Below, in pieces: positions 31,042 through 41,335 of a stretch of 64,000 nt of DNA. Location: assembly GCA_963737265.1 (NCBI GenBank), contig CAVTRY010000022.1:288001-352000 (forward strand), given 5' to 3'. The DNA comes from an uncultured delta proteobacterium. Its GTDB lineage: Bacteria > Myxococcota_A > Polyangia > Fen-1088. Positions within the stretch are counted from its first letter, which is position 1; every line of letters begins with the position of its first letter. Under the pieces are notes generated by a model, which saw only the letters and a program-made list of their open reading frames with translations, was not told the DNA's origin and made no database searches. The translations under genes and the position numbers were made by a program.

Positions 31042-33167
31042 CAGCGGCGCTGGCCGACTGGGCGGTGTTGTTCTAGGTAATTTCGCGCGGCCGGGACATC
31101 CGCATCGTCGGGCGTCGCTCGTTCGACGAATTTTTCGTATGCCAAGGCCACGCGTGGATTGTACGAGGCGTCGACGCGGCTAAGGATCTCATAACCGATG
31201 CCGAGATCCTTCCAAACGGTAGGGCCGATGTCGAGCTTGCGCATGCCTGGATAAGAAGGGATCTTCAATTTCTCATCACCGCCGGCCTTGGCGACGAGGT
31301 CCTCAAGCAGGTTCACCGACATGCGCGCCGGAGCGGGGCTATTGCCGTGTTCGTTGCTGTACACCAAGGCCAAGTGGGCGCGACCGCCCTGGGTGGCCAT
31401 GACAAGCTGGCCAAGGGCAAATTCCCACGATCCCTCGTGCGCAGCAAGGGCGGGGACCACGCTGTAATTGCCCATGGCCTTGCCATCGCGGGCCTGCCAC
31501 TCCTCGAACGACGGGAACCGGCTCGCCGGCACCAGGGGGTGAACGAGGCCGTTCGTCGCCAGTTTGTACCCGTCTTTCCAGCTCTGCTCCCAGGTGTCCA
31601 GGCGGTCGATCACCACCAGCGGGCGCCTGGGATTTCCGTCGAGGAGTTTCTTGATGTTCCAGCCGCCCCTACCATACACGCCTTCGGGCAAGTACAGATC
31701 CGGGTACAGCCGCCGCTTGCGCTCGCTGTACCACGTGCGGCCGAGCAGCTCGCGATCCAAGTGGATGACGTCGGGCCGCAGTTTCTCCACCTCGCGGAAG
31801 TAGAAGACCGAGCCGGTGAGGTGATCCCCCATCGTGATCACGATGGCGTTTGGGGGAAGCGAGGCAAAGGCCGTGGTCACGAAATCGGAAAAGACCCGGT
31901 TGTTTCTCTCGTTGGCATCACTCGCGTGGGCGGTCACACCGACGGCAAGAATCAGCGCGGCGCTAGCGGGTGCCCAGCGAATGAGGCGTTCGAGCACTGG
32001 CCAGCGCGAGCGCGCCAGCGCCCAAATTCGGGCAAAGCCCAGGCCGGCGGCGATCGCCAGCATAAGATCGGACTGAATGCAGAACCGGTCGAGTATGGTC
32101 AGATACAGCGCCTTCGCCGTCGACAGATTGGACAGCGCACAGAAGCCGAAGACGTACGCGCACAGGACCGTGCCTAAGACATAGACTGGCCGCTCCTCCC
32201 GACGATCTTTTGCGCCCAAGTAGAAGCCGGCGAGCGCCAAAAACGGGCCGATCCACAGCAAGCGCGGAAATGCGCGACCCCACATGTGCCAAAGCGTGGG
32301 GAAGAACGTGCCTTCGTCGATGAAGGCGCTGCCCCTGTTTGCCTGACCCATGCTGAAGGTTCCGTAGTCGCGCCGTAGGATGTGTCCTAGTAGCCCGCCG
32401 AGGGTGGTCTGGTCGCCCCAAGAAACCGCAGCCGAAGATCGCGATGCCATCATGAGGTAGGCGTAGGGTAGGAGCCCGAGAAGCCCGAGGGCCAAGGCCA
32501 AGGCGACACCACCCACACCGAGGTTGCGCCTCGCCACCCACAGCGATCGCAACACCAGCGGCGCCCCCACGAACACGAAGGTGTGGTGGTTGCACATGGC
32601 CAGCCCAGCGACAAACGTCAGCCCAAGGACAAAGCGGCGGTTTGCGGTGCGCTCGACGCAAAGCCAGAGCAAGAAGGCCAGCGCCACGAACATTGCGTTC
32701 AGCCCAAACACCTCGGCCGACGTGGCATGCAACCACACGACGGAGTCGGTGCCGAAGAGCGCTGCCGCCACCAGACCAGCGGTGGCGTTGCGCGCCCACA
32801 GCCGAACCACCGCACACGCCAGCCCGCCCGCCGCCGCGGTCGACGCGGCGGAAAAGAGGTTCACACGCCAGGCGGGAGAATGTCCGAGCGGAAGCGCGGC
32901 GAACAGGCGCGCGAGCATCGCGAAAATTGGGTAGCCCGGCGGATGCGGCACACCGCCGCTAAGCGCCGCTGTCGTAAGCTCGCCGCTGTCGCCGCCCACG
33001 ACCGACGGCGCGAGCGTTGCGACGTAGAGGACAAGCAGACCTGCGAACGCGAGCGCAGGGCCGATCCAGGCGCGAGCGTCGAGAAAGGAGCGTGCGTCCG
33101 GCGCAACGAGCTGCGCCAGCGCCGAAGCATCCCTCGGCTTTCCCCGCGGCGCTCTGCGCTTGCCCAT
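31041..33167 (-). CDS. DUF2723 / TMEM260-like GT-C membrane glycosyltransferase
   Basis: TLAPSVVGGDSGEL, HPPGYP, AEVFGL, NHHT, SWG; many TM helices. Confidence 0.85.
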   Translation of the reverse strand: MGKRRAPRGKPRDASALAQLVAPDARSFLDARAWIGPALAFAGLLVLYVATLAPSVVGGDSGELTTAALSGGVPHPPGYPIFAMLARLFAALPLGHSPAWRVNLFSAASTAAAGGLACAVVRLWARNATAGLVAAALFGTDSVVWLHATSAEVFGLNAMFVALAFLLWLCVERTANRRFVLGLTFVAGLAMCNHHTFVFVGAPLVLRSLWVARRNLGVGGVALALALGLLGLLPYAYLMMASRSSAAVSWGDQTTLGGLLGHILRRDYGTFSMGQANRGSAFIDEGTFFPTLWHMWGRAFPRLLWIGPFLALAGFYLGAKDRREERPVYVLGTVLCAYVFGFCALSNLSTAKALYLTILDRFCIQSDLMLAIAAGLGFARIWALARSRWPVLERLIRWAPASAALILAVGVTAHASDANERNNRVFSDFVTTAFASLPPNAIVITMGDHLTGSVFYFREVEKLRPDVIHLDRELLGRTWYSERKRRLYPDLYLPEGVYGRGGWNIKKLLDGNPRRPLVVIDRLDTWEQSWKDGYKLATNGLVHPLVPASRFPSFEEWQARDGKAMGNYSVVPALAAHEGSWEFALGQLVMATQGGRAHLALVYSNEHGNSPAPARMSVNLLEDLVAKAGGDEKLKIPSYPGMRKLDIGPTVWKDLGIGYEILSRVDASYNPRVALAYEKFVERATPDDADVPAARNYLEQHRPVGQRR

Positions 33168-33170
33168 GAG

Positions 33171-33656
33171 CTAGTTCGACGTGAAGACCGCGCTGCCCAG
33201 GCGCTCGGCCAGCGCGCGCGGGGTGACGCCTTCGTGGTTGGCGAGATCGGCGTTGGCACCGTTGTCGAGCAGGCAACGCACGACTTCGTCGCGGCCACGC
33301 GCCGAGGCGATCGCCCGCCACAGCACCGAGTTGCCGTCTTCGTCGACGGCGTTCACATCCGCGCCCTTGCCGACAAGGATCTGCGCGATCTCGGGCAGGT
33401 ATTCTTGGGCGGCGAAATGCAGCGGCGTGAAGCCGTGGCTGTCCTTGGCGTTTAGATCGGCGCGCGATTCGATGAGCAACCCCACCAGGCCGACGCTGCT
33501 GCCGAGGACGGCTTGGTGAAGAGGGGCACGCAGATCCTCGTCGCGCGCGTTCGGATTCAAACCCTTGGCAAGCAGCTCGCGTACCTTGACGAAGTCGCAC
33601 ACGAACGCGGCTTCGCACATTTGAGTGTCGAGATCCTTCGGCTTGGCGGTGTCCAC
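33171..33656 (-). CDS. Ankyrin-repeat protein
   Basis: APLHQA, GFTPLHFAA, GADVNAVD, GANADL. Confidence 0.92.
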   Translation of the reverse strand: MDTAKPKDLDTQMCEAAFVCDFVKVRELLAKGLNPNARDEDLRAPLHQAVLGSSVGLVGLLIESRADLNAKDSHGFTPLHFAAQEYLPEIAQILVGKGADVNAVDEDGNSVLWRAIASARGRDEVVRCLLDNGANADLANHEGVTPRALAERLGSAVFTSN

Positions 33657-33731
33657 GGGTTGTTATTACCAGGAGGCGAGAATCCTCACCACTGGTCCGC
33701 GCGGCCGAAGGGTGTTCTAAGATACTTGGCG

Positions 33732-34310
33732 ATGTCCATGTTCCTCGCCATTGCCGCAGCGTTCCTTGTCGGCTCGGTCCCGACCGGCGTGATCGCCGCG
33801 CGATTCAAGGGGGTGGATCTGCGTAAGGTAGGAAGCGGCAATATCGGCGCGACCAATGTGGGCCGTGCCCTGGGAAAGAAATGGGCGCTGCTGGTGCTCC
33901 TCGCGGATGCGAGCAAAGGGGCTTTGCCCGTGTTGTTTCTGGAACATGCGAGCAGGGACCCATGGCTGCCGGCGCTTGGCGGACTTGCGGCGGTGCTCGG
34001 CCAGGTGTTTTCGATTTTCCTCGGCGGGCGCGGCGGCAAAGGCGTCGCCACCTCGCTTGGCGCAGGCTTGGCGCTGGCGCCGCTGCCCGCGCTGGCGTGC
34101 GGTGGAGTGTTCGCGATCCTGTTTGCGCTGTTCCACATCGCCTCCATCGGCTCGCTCGCGGCCGTGACAACTTTTCCCGCATTCTTGTGGCTGTTCGAGC
34201 TCGGCACGGTGCCTCGCCTCACCTTTGCCGGCGCGGTCGCGGTCGTGGTCATCACACGCCACAAGGACAACCTCGGCCGCCTCCTGCGTGGCCAAGAACA
34301 TCGCGCCTGA
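33732..34310 (+). CDS. plsY: Glycerol-3-phosphate acyltransferase PlsY
   Basis: GSGNIGATNVGR, DASKG, GGKGVAT, RHKDN. Confidence 0.95.
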   Translation: MSMFLAIAAAFLVGSVPTGVIAARFKGVDLRKVGSGNIGATNVGRALGKKWALLVLLADASKGALPVLFLEHASRDPWLPALGGLAAVLGQVFSIFLGGRGGKGVATSLGAGLALAPLPALACGGVFAILFALFHIASIGSLAAVTTFPAFLWLFELGTVPRLTFAGAVAVVVITRHKDNLGRLLRGQEHRA

Positions 34311-34365
34311 GCCGCGCCCATTCTCGCCGTTGCACCCGCTGCACGGGAATGGCAGTGTGCGTGCC

Positions 34366-34695
34366 ATGCCCAGCACCATTCCCTCGGAATTCGCCGACGT
34401 CACCGCGGTCGCCAAGGCCAACGTCTACTTCGGTGGCAAGGTTGTCAGCCACACCCTCAAGTTCGCCGACGGATCAAAGAAGACCCTCGGATTGATCTAC
34501 GCCGGCGAATTCCATTTCAACACCGACGCCCCTGAAAATATGGAAATCGTTGCCGGCCAGTGCCAGGTGAAGCTCGACGGCGGCGACGCGTGGCAGAGCT
34601 ACGGCGCAGGCACGCTCTTTCGCGTTCCCGGCAAGAGCGGTTTTTCCATTGTCGTGAGCGACGGCATCGCCGAATACATCTGTTCGTTCGAGTAG
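34366..34695 (+). CDS. ppnP: Pyrimidine/purine nucleoside phosphorylase
   Basis: ANVYFGGKVVS, KTLG, FNTDAPENMEI, YICSF. Confidence 0.9.
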   Translation: MPSTIPSEFADVTAVAKANVYFGGKVVSHTLKFADGSKKTLGLIYAGEFHFNTDAPENMEIVAGQCQVKLDGGDAWQSYGAGTLFRVPGKSGFSIVVSDGIAEYICSFE

Positions 34696-34710
34696 CCGCG
34701 GTAGGCGCGC

Positions 34711-35664
34711 TCAATGCATGGGCGGCGCCGCGCGCATGCCGGCGTCGCGCAGGAGCTTCTGATCCGCGTCCAGCTCGGGATTGCCGGTAACGAGGAGCTT
34801 CTCGCCGTAAAAGATGGAGTTCGCGCCCGCGAGAAAACACATCACCTGGGCTTCGCGTGACAGCGAGGCGCGGCCGGCGGAAAGGCGAACCTGCGTCGTC
34901 GGCATCACGATGCGCGCGGTGGCGATCATGCGTACCATCTCCAGCGGATCGAGCGGCGGTTGGTTGGCGAGCGGCGTGCCCTTCACCGGCACCAAGCCAT
35001 TGATGGGCACGCTTTCGGGGTGCGGGTCGAGGTTGGCCAGTGTCACCAGCATGGCGCAGCGGTCGTCGATGGATTCGCCCATGCCAATAATGCCGCCACT
35101 GCACACCTTCATGCCCGCCTTGCGCACACGCGCCAAGGTGGCCAGGCGATCGTCATAAGTGCGTGTCGAGACGATGGAGCCGTAGAACTCGCGGGACGTG
35201 TCGACGTTGTGGTTGTACACGGTCAACCCAGCGTCGGCGAGCCGCCTGGCCTGTTCGTCGTTGAGCATGCCGAGGGTGATGCACGCTTCCATGCCCAGTC
35301 CGCGCACGGCTCGGACCATTTTCAAGACGTCTTCGAAGGCTTCTCCGTTTGGAGCATTTCTGCCCGCGCTGCCCATGCAGAAGCGCGTCGCACCCGCGGA
35401 CTGCGCCCGTGTTGCGGCCTTAACTACCTCAGCCAGGGTCATCATTCTTTGCCGCTCTACGCCGGTGGCGTAGTGGCTGGACTGCGGGCAGTAGGAACAG
35501 TCTTCGGGGCAGCCGCCGGTTTTCACCGAGAGGAGCGAGCACAATTGCACCTCGTTCGGTTTGTGGTGCTCGCGGTGCACGAGCTGCGCGCGGAAAATGA
35601 GCTCGGGCAGCGGTAGATCGTGGATCGCTCGCAGGTCGGAAACTGAGTACGTGGGCCGTGTCAC
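34711..35664 (-). CDS. bioB: Biotin synthase
   Basis: CPEDCSYC radical SAM motif, [28 protein letters not shown]. Confidence 0.97.
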   Translation of the reverse strand: MTRPTYSVSDLRAIHDLPLPELIFRAQLVHREHHKPNEVQLCSLLSVKTGGCPEDCSYCPQSSHYATGVERQRMMTLAEVVKAATRAQSAGATRFCMGSAGRNAPNGEAFEDVLKMVRAVRGLGMEACITLGMLNDEQARRLADAGLTVYNHNVDTSREFYGSIVSTRTYDDRLATLARVRKAGMKVCSGGIIGMGESIDDRCAMLVTLANLDPHPESVPINGLVPVKGTPLANQPPLDPLEMVRMIATARIVMPTTQVRLSAGRASLSREAQVMCFLAGANSIFYGEKLLVTGNPELDADQKLLRDAGMRAAPPMH

Positions 35665-35674
35665 GGTCCTTGTC

Positions 35675-36757
35675 TTAGTTTATTTTTCGCAGGACCACCA
35701 GGACGCGCAGGGTCAGGCCTATGGCTTCGATGACTTCCTTGGGGTCCTTGGTGCTCTTCGTCGACGCTTTCGCTGGCGAGCGCGACAGGGCGCTGTCGCC
35801 CTTGACCGGCGTTCCGGGATACCACAGGCCGTCCTTGGCCTGACGCCCGCGCAGATAGGCCTCGGCCGTGCGTACGCCAGAATTCTCCTTGCCGAGCCCG
35901 ATGCTGGTAATCGTGTCGAGCGCATCGAGGGCATCGGTGTAGAAGCGCGGCTCTGTCAGGATCTCCCAGTACGACGGCGCTTTGCGATCCTCGTAGCGAT
36001 CGGGTTGCAAGAAACGGGTGGCGAGGAGCTCCGCGGCCCGGCGTGCCTCGCGCGAACCGCGCCGATCTTTCGACGAGGCGAAAGAGCGCAGGACCATTCC
36101 GGTGATGAGATGGCTCGACGGTCGCGCGGCCGAGTCGGTACGCACACCGCGCCACGCCCAGCCGCCGTCGTCCTGGCGCAAAGACAGCAGGTACTGAAAT
36201 CCCTTCTCGACCCTAGCTTCCGCCTCAAACCCAGCGCGGCACAGGGCGGACAGCGCCCAGCCCTGAAAATGAAGGGCGACAACCTTGCTGCGTCCCTTGG
36301 GATTGTCCGATAACGCCAGATCGCCGATGCTGCCATCGCTCTCCTGTGAGGAGAGGATGAAATCCGCGATCTTGGTGAGCGGCTTGGCAACGGTGCTATC
36401 ACCCACCGCACGTAGGCCGAGGTCGGCCAAACGGTCGAGCGCGCGGATGGTGGCCAGGCAGAGTGCGAACTTAGGGCTGCCAAGTTCCTTGTCGCTTGCG
36501 CGAGGAGCAAAGCTGCCATCCTTTTCCATCTTCTTTACCAGCGACTTCACCTCGGGATACTCGGCGACTTCATCCGGTGTAGGCGCTTCGCTGTCGTCGA
36601 TGAGATCCCGACGTACACGAGCGAGAACGCTGGGCGCTCCTTCGCGCAAAAGGCGCGGAATCGGATCGCTGGCCAGGCGCGCACGCCAGCCCGACAGGGC
36701 CCGGGGCGGCGGGGAGGCCGGTGGTGGGGGAGGTGGAAACAAACTCGGACGGTTCAT
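35675..36757 (-). CDS. Prenyltransferase/squalene-cyclase-repeat (alpha-alpha toroid) protein
   Basis: QW-type repeats [21 protein letters not shown]. Confidence 0.6.
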   Translation of the reverse strand: MNRPSLFPPPPPPASPPPRALSGWRARLASDPIPRLLREGAPSVLARVRRDLIDDSEAPTPDEVAEYPEVKSLVKKMEKDGSFAPRASDKELGSPKFALCLATIRALDRLADLGLRAVGDSTVAKPLTKIADFILSSQESDGSIGDLALSDNPKGRSKVVALHFQGWALSALCRAGFEAEARVEKGFQYLLSLRQDDGGWAWRGVRTDSAARPSSHLITGMVLRSFASSKDRRGSREARRAAELLATRFLQPDRYEDRKAPSYWEILTEPRFYTDALDALDTITSIGLGKENSGVRTAEAYLRGRQAKDGLWYPGTPVKGDSALSRSPAKASTKSTKDPKEVIEAIGLTLRVLVVLRKIN

Positions 36758-37002
36758 GTCGGCTGCCAAGGTAGGGTCATTATATAGACTCAAGGGCTCC
36801 GCGTCCGGTGATCTTGGTCGAGCTCGGCAGGTTGAACCAGTCAGGACAGGGCAAAGTGGCCCAGATCTAACCATATTGCGCTATGCATTTCTTGCGCCCG
36901 ATCATGGCCACATCGCCGGTCCCACCAACTTGGCCTGGCAAGCCCAGGGCAGGAGCGGTACAACATGGAACCGGCAATTCTTTGCCCGTGTGGGACCGAG
37001 CG

Positions 37003-37524
37003 ATGGACGACACCGAACGACCGTCAAAAAGACACGCCTTCCTCGCATTTCTTGGGGATGCGTGGGCCTCGCTTCATTTGGATGCTCGAAGGCCTGGTGT
37101 GGTTGTACCCGCACCGTTCTCGTCCCAGGCACATCTGGTGCTGCAATATGGGCGCAACATGCCGATTCCGATCGACGCTCTCGAGGTCACCGATGCCGGC
37201 GTGAGTGCGACGCTTTCGTTCTCGCGGGTTCCGCATCGAACGTACATTCCCTGGTCCGCGGTTTACGCAATCACCAGCACCAATGGCGGCGGCGCGCTCT
37301 ATCAGGAAGACATTCCCCCGGACGTCGCACTCGCCACGCCCCTCGTCGGAGAAATGATGGATCTGCCGATGAAGAAACTTGGCGTCGAGTCGCTGGATGC
37401 GACCCTGCAGGCACCAGAGCCGTGGTTGCGAGCTGTTCCCGCCGAAGAGGAAATCGCCTCCGAAGGGTTGGCCATGCACCTCCACACGCGACGGCGTCGG
37501 CCGCAGTTGCGCGTGGTCAAATAG
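37003..37524 (+). CDS. sspB: ClpXP adaptor SspB-like protein
   Basis: LDARRPGVVVP, LVLQYG, ATLSFS...IPWSAVYAI, C-terminal RPQLRVVK. Confidence 0.82.
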   Translation: MDDTERPSKRHAFLAFLGDAWASLHLDARRPGVVVPAPFSSQAHLVLQYGRNMPIPIDALEVTDAGVSATLSFSRVPHRTYIPWSAVYAITSTNGGGALYQEDIPPDVALATPLVGEMMDLPMKKLGVESLDATLQAPEPWLRAVPAEEEIASEGLAMHLHTRRRRPQLRVVK

Positions 37525-37549
37525 CCAGATCCGACGGGAGCGCGTTTTT

Positions 37550-37586
37550 GCCGAAACATGGCCGCTCTTCTGACGGGCGGAACTAG
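37550..37586. repeat. Second (inverted) copy of the 24126 element end
   Basis: Reverse complement CTAGTTCCGCCCGTCAGAAGAGCGGCCATGTTTCGGC versus CTAGCTCCGCCCGTCAGAAGAGCGGCCATATTTCAGC. Confidence 0.8.
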
Positions 37587-37629
37587 TCCTTGACGGGAAA
37601 CCGCCAGGGGACAAAGATCCCGACGCTCC

Positions 37630-38292
37630 ATGCCCAACGCTGATGTATTTGTCGCCGACCTCGAAGCCAAGAATCAGGAATCCTTTCGCGGACTGCTGGC
37701 CTCCAGTTACTTGCCTGCCCTCGCCGTGGACGGCGTCGCGGTCCCAGACATGCTGCGCCTGGAATCGAAGCTGGTCATCGAAGCCATCGAGTCGGCGGCT
37801 ATTTGGATCGTGGATACCGAATCCCTGGAAATGAAGATCCTGCTGGCCGTGCAATGTGGGGCGCACGCTCGCCACTACCTTGGCCTGCAAGATCGGCTTT
37901 CGATTCTGGGCTTGGCGCCTGGGTCGTACGATCCACGGCACGGCGGCTATTCCAAGCTGTTCGCGTTCCTGCGCTCGCTGCAAACCAGCGAGGAACGCGC
38001 CGCCGCCGGCCTGCTGACCCTGGGCGGCGCCAGCGTCGCGCGGCTCGGTGCCCTGGCGGCGTTCTGCGAGGAAAAGGGCGATGCGGATACCAGGGACTTC
38101 CTGCGTGGCGAGCTGATCCCGGACGAGCAGCATCGGGTGGATGAAGGACGGGACAAGCTCGTGTTGCTCGCCACGGCCGAGGACAGCCAGGCACGCGCCC
38201 GGCGCGCAATCTACAAGACCGTCGAGCTTTTGGGCGAGCTCCACGAACCAGGAGCAATCCGGCGCACGCTCGGGCGCGCGGCTCGCAAGTGA
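37630..38292 (+). CDS. Ferritin-like four-helix protein with degenerate metal ligands
   Basis: Two helix-pair repeats, QCGAHARHY and IPDEQHRV, at the ExxH positions. Confidence 0.6.
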   Translation: MPNADVFVADLEAKNQESFRGLLASSYLPALAVDGVAVPDMLRLESKLVIEAIESAAIWIVDTESLEMKILLAVQCGAHARHYLGLQDRLSILGLAPGSYDPRHGGYSKLFAFLRSLQTSEERAAAGLLTLGGASVARLGALAAFCEEKGDADTRDFLRGELIPDEQHRVDEGRDKLVLLATAEDSQARARRAIYKTVELLGELHEPGAIRRTLGRAARK

Positions 38293-38313
38293 TTCCGTCC
38301 GAGCGAGACTCGG

Positions 38314-39066
38314 CTAAATGGCGTCGCAAACCACGACGGTGATGTTGTCGCGGCCGCCGCGCTCATTGGCGAGCTCGATAAGCCGGTTGGCCACGCCCTC
38401 GCGCTCGCCCTGAAGCAGTTCGTCGACCTCCCCGTCGACGAGGTAACCGTGCAGTCCGTCTGAGCACAGCATGAAGCGATCGCCTGGCCGCACTTCCAGA
38501 TCGAGGGTGTCCACCTCGACGTAGTCCTGGTGTCCAACGGCGCGGGTAATGACGTTCTTGCCCGGCGAATTGGCGGCTTCCTCGGCCGTGATGAGCCCAA
38601 GCTTCAGCCTGAAATTCACCAGCGTGTGGTCCTCGGTGAGCTGGGCCGCCTTGCCGTCGCGGGATAGGTAGACTCGGCTGTCGCCGACCTGAGCGATGAA
38701 GGCAGTGTTGGCGCTGATGAGAAGCGACGACAGCGTGCTCGACATACCTTTTTGCCGCGGATCGAGCTGGCCCATGCCGAAGACCATGTAGCACGCCGAT
38801 TGCACGGCGCTTTCCAGCAGGCGGCGCACCAGTCCGGAATTCTCGGGTGTCGGGTCGCCGACATGGGTATTGAGCGTCTTGCGCCAGCGCTTGACCCACG
38901 AATGCACGAGGTCGACCGATTCGGCGCTGGCGACCTCGCCCTTGGCGTTGCCGCCCACGCCATCGGCGACGATGTAGAGGCCAAGCTCGTCGTCAAAGAG
39001 CAAGCTATCCTCGTTGTGTGGCCGTCTTCGGCCCACATCCGTCTTCCCAGACGACAGAGTACGCAT
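38314..39066 (-). CDS. PP2C-family Ser/Thr phosphatase
   Basis: GRRRPHNEDS, VADGVGG, VGDSR, LTEDH, NVITRAVG, LCSDG, GGRDNIT. Confidence 0.95.
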   Translation of the reverse strand: MRTLSSGKTDVGRRRPHNEDSLLFDDELGLYIVADGVGGNAKGEVASAESVDLVHSWVKRWRKTLNTHVGDPTPENSGLVRRLLESAVQSACYMVFGMGQLDPRQKGMSSTLSSLLISANTAFIAQVGDSRVYLSRDGKAAQLTEDHTLVNFRLKLGLITAEEAANSPGKNVITRAVGHQDYVEVDTLDLEVRPGDRFMLCSDGLHGYLVDGEVDELLQGEREGVANRLIELANERGGRDNITVVVCDAI

Positions 39067-39159
39067 GCGAATCAAATCATGGTACTACGGAATCTCCGCC
39101 TCCGCACCCGGGGGAACGAGGTTCTTTGTGACCCGACAACGTGCTACACTAGGGATCTG

Positions 39160-41322
39160 ATGCCGGTCGAGGGAAAGCAGGCTGCATTTCCCTCGCAGTT
39201 CGGGCGCTACACCTTGGTTGAGCGCCTCGCAACTGGGGGAATGGCGGAGGTCTTCAAGGCGAAGATTCTCTCGACTCACGGCTTCGAGAAGCTTCTCGTC
39301 ATCAAGCGCATCCTGCCCAATCTGGCGGCGGACAAGACCTTCGTCTCGATGTTCATCGACGAGGCCAAGCTGACCGCGCAGCTCGTCCATCCCAAGATCG
39401 TGCAGGTCACGGATTTCGGCGAGGAGGGCGGCCAGTATTTCATCGCACTCGAATTCATCGACGGCTTCGACGGCTTGGCCTTGCTGCGCGCCGCGGCCCA
39501 GAAGCACGTACGCTTGCCCGCCCCCATCTGCATGTTCGTGGCGATGGAGGTGCTCGACGCCCTCGACTACGCCCACAACGCCAAAGACGGCGACGGCAAG
39601 CCCATGCACCTCGTCCATCGCGACATCTCGCCGTCCAACGTCTTTATCGCCCGACGCGGCGACGTGAAGCTGGGCGACTTCGGCATCGCGCACGCGAAGG
39701 AACGAGAGTCCAAGACCCAGGCCGGCACGCTCAAGGGCAAGTACGGATACATGTCGCCCGAGCAGGTCACCGGCGCCAAACTCGACGGGCGCAGCGACAT
39801 CTTCGCGGTCGGTATCGTGCTGGCCGAAATGTTGATGGGCAAGCGCCTGTTTACGGCGCCCAACGACCTCGACGTGCTGCTCATGGTGCGCGACGCACGC
39901 CTCGAACGCTGGGACAAGTATGGCAAGGAAATCCCTCGCCGCCTGGACGCCATCGTTCGCAAAGCACTGGCCAAGAACCTCGACGATCGCTATCAGAGTG
40001 CGGCCGATTTTCGCTCCGCGCTCGACGATCTTCAGTTCCAGTTCGGCATGCGCGTGGGCCCCGCCGACATCGGCGTGCTCGCCGCCGATCTTTTCGACAC
40101 CAGCTCGCATGCCGCAGAGCGATTGAAGGAGCACGGGAACAAGTGGGACATTCGATCGCAAGTGTCGGAGGCTCCGGCGTCGCCATCGCGCTCGGGTGGC
40201 ACGCCGCCGCCGCGGATTCCGTCCGACAATCGGGATGGGCGCTCGCCCCGTGCGGTCCCCAAGTCGGGTCCGGTGGGCACGGTGGTGGTGACCGCTTTGG
40301 ACGACGCCCTGTCGGGTTCGGTATCGCTCGTGGGTCTGGACCAGTATGAAACGCAGTCGAACCGAGCGAGCGCTCCGTCCTCGGCCTGGTCACCGTCGCC
40401 GGGCGATGCGCTGGGCGGGCCCAGGCTGCGCGCACCCGAAGGGCCTGGACGCCCGCCCACGCACAGGAGCGGTCTGCGCTCATTTCCGGGTGCGGCTGTG
40501 GGATTTGCCAGCCTCGATCAGGACGAGGCCGAGGATATCAACGTCGAAGGCGACCCCTCGGGTGATTCGAACGCCTCCGTGGCGATTCCGCCGCCTGTCG
40601 CCGGTGCGATTCCCGACAACTCAGGCGAGCTCTCCCTCATCTCGCCCATGCGTGCCATCGCCGATCTAGCGGTCGCGGCGGACACGGGTGTCATCCGCTT
40701 TCAAAAAGGGCAGCACATCAAGGACGTCTTCCTGGTTCGTGGCGCGCCCGAATCGGTGAACTCGAACATGAGCGGCGACCGATTTGGGGAGTACCTGGTC
40801 ACGCGCGGATTTTTGCGCTCGGCCGACCTGGAGCGCGCCATGGATGAGCTTCCGCGCTACGGCAACAAGTTTGGTGAATCGCTGGTGGGGCTTGGTTTCA
40901 TGCGCCCGCTTGACGTTTTTCGCCTACTTTCCCAGCATGTGCGCGAGCGTGTGATGGAGCTTTTCACCTGGACCGAGGGTAGTTTCGACTACTACCGCGG
41001 CTTGCGCAATCCGGTAGACGCTTTTCCCCTTGGCCTCAGCAGCTTCGAGATTCTGGGTGCCGGCGTGGTGACCTTGAGCTACGAGCTGCTGTCAGCCCAC
41101 TTCGAGACGTTGATGGACTTCCACCCGCGCGCCATGCCCAACCCGCGTATCAATCCCGAGGCCTTTCGCCTCGGGCCCACGCCGCGCGAGGTGCTCGGCT
41201 TTCTCGACGGTAGCCTCACCTTGCGCGGCTGGGCGGAGCGCTTCGGATCGCCGGACGAGCTTTTGACCTTCTATCGCACGCTCTACCTTCTGGTGGAGAG
41301 CAGCATGGCCCAGTTCGAATAG
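39160..41322 (+). CDS. Hanks-type Ser/Thr kinase with C-terminal DUF4388/MshEN-like region
   Basis: GGMAEV, VIKRI, HRDISPSN, DFG, YMSPEQ; C-terminal RFGEYLVTRG...KFGESLVGLG...FTWTEGSF. Confidence 0.9.
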   Translation: MPVEGKQAAFPSQFGRYTLVERLATGGMAEVFKAKILSTHGFEKLLVIKRILPNLAADKTFVSMFIDEAKLTAQLVHPKIVQVTDFGEEGGQYFIALEFIDGFDGLALLRAAAQKHVRLPAPICMFVAMEVLDALDYAHNAKDGDGKPMHLVHRDISPSNVFIARRGDVKLGDFGIAHAKERESKTQAGTLKGKYGYMSPEQVTGAKLDGRSDIFAVGIVLAEMLMGKRLFTAPNDLDVLLMVRDARLERWDKYGKEIPRRLDAIVRKALAKNLDDRYQSAADFRSALDDLQFQFGMRVGPADIGVLAADLFDTSSHAAERLKEHGNKWDIRSQVSEAPASPSRSGGTPPPRIPSDNRDGRSPRAVPKSGPVGTVVVTALDDALSGSVSLVGLDQYETQSNRASAPSSAWSPSPGDALGGPRLRAPEGPGRPPTHRSGLRSFPGAAVGFASLDQDEAEDINVEGDPSGDSNASVAIPPPVAGAIPDNSGELSLISPMRAIADLAVAADTGVIRFQKGQHIKDVFLVRGAPESVNSNMSGDRFGEYLVTRGFLRSADLERAMDELPRYGNKFGESLVGLGFMRPLDVFRLLSQHVRERVMELFTWTEGSFDYYRGLRNPVDAFPLGLSSFEILGAGVVTLSYELLSAHFETLMDFHPRAMPNPRINPEAFRLGPTPREVLGFLDGSLTLRGWAERFGSPDELLTFYRTLYLLVESSMAQFE

Positions 41323-41335
41323 TCAGGCGAGGTGA

